Source: Octopus sinensis (Eukaryota). From it: DNA of 64,000 bases. Of this stretch, positions 61,225-64,000 are shown piece after piece. The notes under the pieces were generated by a model. It was not told the origin of the DNA. It did not search any database and saw only the letters and a program-made list of their open reading frames with translations. Numbering within the stretch: position 1 is the stretch's first letter; every line of letters starts with the position of its first letter. The DNA lies in the NCBI RefSeq assembly GCF_006345805.1, contig NC_043000.1:74524001-74588000 (forward strand), in the 5' to 3' direction. The position numbers were made by a program, and so were the translations under genes.

Positions 61225-62877
61225 TAATCTGGCAGTGTCAGCTATAGTCTAGTCACTTGTATAGACAACCAGGTGATACACGAAGGAGTCATATCCAATG
61301 ACTGGTGTAGTAGCACCATAGTCAACTGCTACAAAGGTAAAGGTGATGCATTAGATATGAATAATTACAGAGGTATCAAGTTGTTGGATCAGGTAATGAA
61401 AGTCACAGAGAGGGTCATAGCCCAACTAATTAGGGAGAGAGTCAGTTTTGATGAGTCCTCAGCCTCCTCTTATTAATAATAGTCCTCCTGGCAATAACAA
61501 AGGAATTCAAGACAGGATGTCCCTGGGAGCTTCTCTATGCTGATGACCTTACTCTAAGAGCTGAGTCACTATCAGAACGAGAGGAGAAGTTTCAGGTGTG
61601 GAAGCAAGGATTAGAATCAAAGAGCCTTAGAGTCAATCTGGCAAAACCCAAAGTCTTGATAAGTAGGAAGGCAGATAAATCACAAATCCCTTCAGGTAGA
61701 TGGCTCTGTTCGATCTGTAGAAAAGGTGTAGGTAGAAACTCCTTAAGATGTACCCAGTGTAAACTATAGATACATAAGAGGGGCAGCAGTATCAAAGGAA
61801 GGCTAACTGGGAAGATAGTTTTTATGTGCAGCAAATGCTCAGGCACAATAAACACTGAAAATGTGAATAAAACAGCTTCCGTCACATACCAGTGGGAAAA
61901 ACTAGAAGTAGTTGATAGCTTCCAGTACCTGGGTGACCGAGTCAGTAGTGGGGTGGATGCTCTGAGAGTGTAGCTGCTAGAATAAGAATAGCCTGGGCAA
62001 AGTTCAGAGAGCTCCTACCTCAGCTGGTGACAAAGGGCCTCTCACTCAGAGTAAAAGGTAGACTCTATGATGCATGTGTGTAAACAACCATGCAACATGG
62101 CAATGAAACATGGACCGTGACTGCTGAGGACATATGTAAGCTTGCAAGGAATGAAGCTAGTATGCTCTGCTGGATTTGTAATGTCAGTGTGCATACATGA
62201 CAAAGTGTAAGTGCCCTGAGAGAAAAGTTGGGCATAAGAAGCATCAGCTGTGGTGTGCAAGAGAGATGACTGTGGTGGTATGATCATGTGTTGCGTATGG
62301 ATGAGGACAGCTGTGTGGAAAAGTGTCACACCCTAGCAGTAGAGAGAACCTGTGGAAGAAGTATACCCAAGAAGACCTGGGATGAGGTGGTGAAGCACGA
62401 CCTTCGAATGTTAGGCCCCACGGAAGTGATGACATGTGACTGAGACCTTTGGAGATATGCTGTACTTGAGAAGACCTGGCAAGCCAAGTGAGACCATAAC
62501 TGTGGCCTATGCCAGTACAGCCTAACCAGCCCATTTAAGAGTACCTTTCAATCATTGGGCAATAAACAGTGCTTGCGAAGACCTGTTGAGTCAAGTAATG
62601 TTATTGGCGTGGCCAATGACAGTATCGCCTGATTGGTACCCATGCCAGTGGCACATAAATAGCACCATTTGAGTGTGGTCGATGCCAGTCAGGCACTATT
62701 TGAAAATGGTCAATGCCAGCACCACCTGACTGGCCCTCATGCCGGCCACACGTAAAAAGCACCCACTATACTCTCAGATTGAAACCTGGTGCAGCCTTCT
62801 GACTTGCCAGCCCTCAGTCAAACCATCCAACCCATGCCAGCATAGAAAGCGGACGTTAAACAACAACGATGATGATG
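61225..62877 (+). mobile_element. 5'-truncated RTE-clade LINE, inverted relative to 59260-60910
   Basis: CYKGKGDAL..NYRGIKLL, LLYADD, tail ggacgttaaa..gatgatgat. Confidence 0.9.
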
Positions 62878-63526
62878 GTGTTAATTAAATTTGACCTGGC
62901 GATGATCACTGGAAAGAAGAGTCAAGACATAATCAGAGAGAAGACATGACCCAGTGTGATAGTTACCATAAAATATTCTCTATAGCTTCTTTGCTATGTG
63001 ATGGAGTGTCCGCTTTGTGATATATTTACACACCAGTTAAAGAGAAGTAACTATTGAAATTAGTCCTTACTCATTTTACCCCGTTTCAGACATCATTTTT
63101 TTGAATCTTGAAAATTATCAACTTTGACATTTGTCTGGAAAAAATTGACTTGGAATTCATCAGAAAAGAGAATATTGATTGTTAAACACTAAAAATTATC
63201 CAAATATTCTATTAGCAACCTCAAATACAATTGGATCAAAATAGAGGAAAAATTTCTTGAAAAAAGCGGACCTGCCACGTGACTACGTTCCAGACCCCCT
63301 TAACTTCAACAACAACTATGTTGGTCAATTTTTACACCTAAATATAATGCGGCAATACAAAACGATGATGCAATACTTGAAATGCAATGGTCGCAAACTG
63401 GTTGGGGAAAAATAATGCAAAATCAGAAGTTACGCATTTTGTCCCAGTTACTAATTTTGCCCCCTCCCATATATAATATATGCCTATGTATATGTATATA
63501 CATTCATACATATATATGTATATATA

Positions 63527-63630
<104 letters not shown>

Positions 63631-63654
63631 ATATATATATATAATATATTATGT

Positions 63655-63999
63655 GAAGGCGCATGGCTCAGTGGTTAGAGCGTCGAGCTTACGATCGTGA
63701 GGTTGTGAGCTCGAATCCCGGACGGGGCTGCGTGTTGTGTTCTTGAGCAAGGCACTTTATTTCACGTTGCTCCAGTTCACTCAGCTGTAGAAATGAGTTG
63801 CGACGTCACAGGTGCCAAGCTGTATCGGCCCTTGCCTTTCCCTTGGACAACATCGGTGACGTGGAGAGGGGAGGCCGGTATGCATGGGCGACTGCTGGTC
63901 TTCCATAAAAAACAACCTTGCCCAGACTTGTGCCTCAGAGGGTATCTCTCTAGGTGCAAATCCATGGTCAGTGCCTGACCGAAGGGGGTCTTTACCCTT
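63655..63999 (+). mobile_element. Young tRNA-derived SINE with CORE-like central domain
   Basis: A box tggctcagtggttag, B-box-like gctcgaatcc, tgttcttgagcaaggcact core; CpG-rich. Confidence 0.85.
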
Positions 64000-64000
64000 T

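Noticed and set aside
63655-63730. tRNA gene
   Set aside because: A and B boxes are present, but the sequence continues into a SINE core and tail with no proper acceptor stem or terminator.

Overview
Repeat-saturated, AT-rich animal non-coding DNA. The SINE, RTE, Helitron and mariner families look like those of Octopus (pattern recognition, not a search result). I can support no host exon. The window is a nest of mobile elements: three Ty3/Gypsy-type LTR retrotransposons (A, 2024-5339, deleted; C, 20361-25695, CsRn1-like; B, 42094-46367, intact with identical LTRs), several Penelope-like fragments, RTE, CR1, L1/Tx1, R4/Dong and HERO-type LINE pieces, Tc1/mariner elements, Helitron-like non-autonomous elements, MITEs, tRNA-derived SINEs and many microsatellites. 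Top observation: elements A and B have unrelated LTRs but share a 12-nt motif abutting the 5' LTR. It is complementary to nucleotides 1-12 of tRNA-Phe (GCCGAAAUAGCU) rather than to a tRNA 3' CCA end, which suggests priming by a very short 5' tRNA fragment. Also notable: six type-I hammerhead ribozyme motifs, five of them at Penelope-like 3' ends (three share a ~60-nt stem II and a tiny, palindromic or near-palindromic stem III); a GGGAAAC slippery site plus pseudoknot in B; a 621-bp target duplication around C; an ORF1-only Tx1-like element; and a ~950-bp palindrome at the window start. Coordinates of decayed elements are approximate, and all alignments and folds were done by eye.
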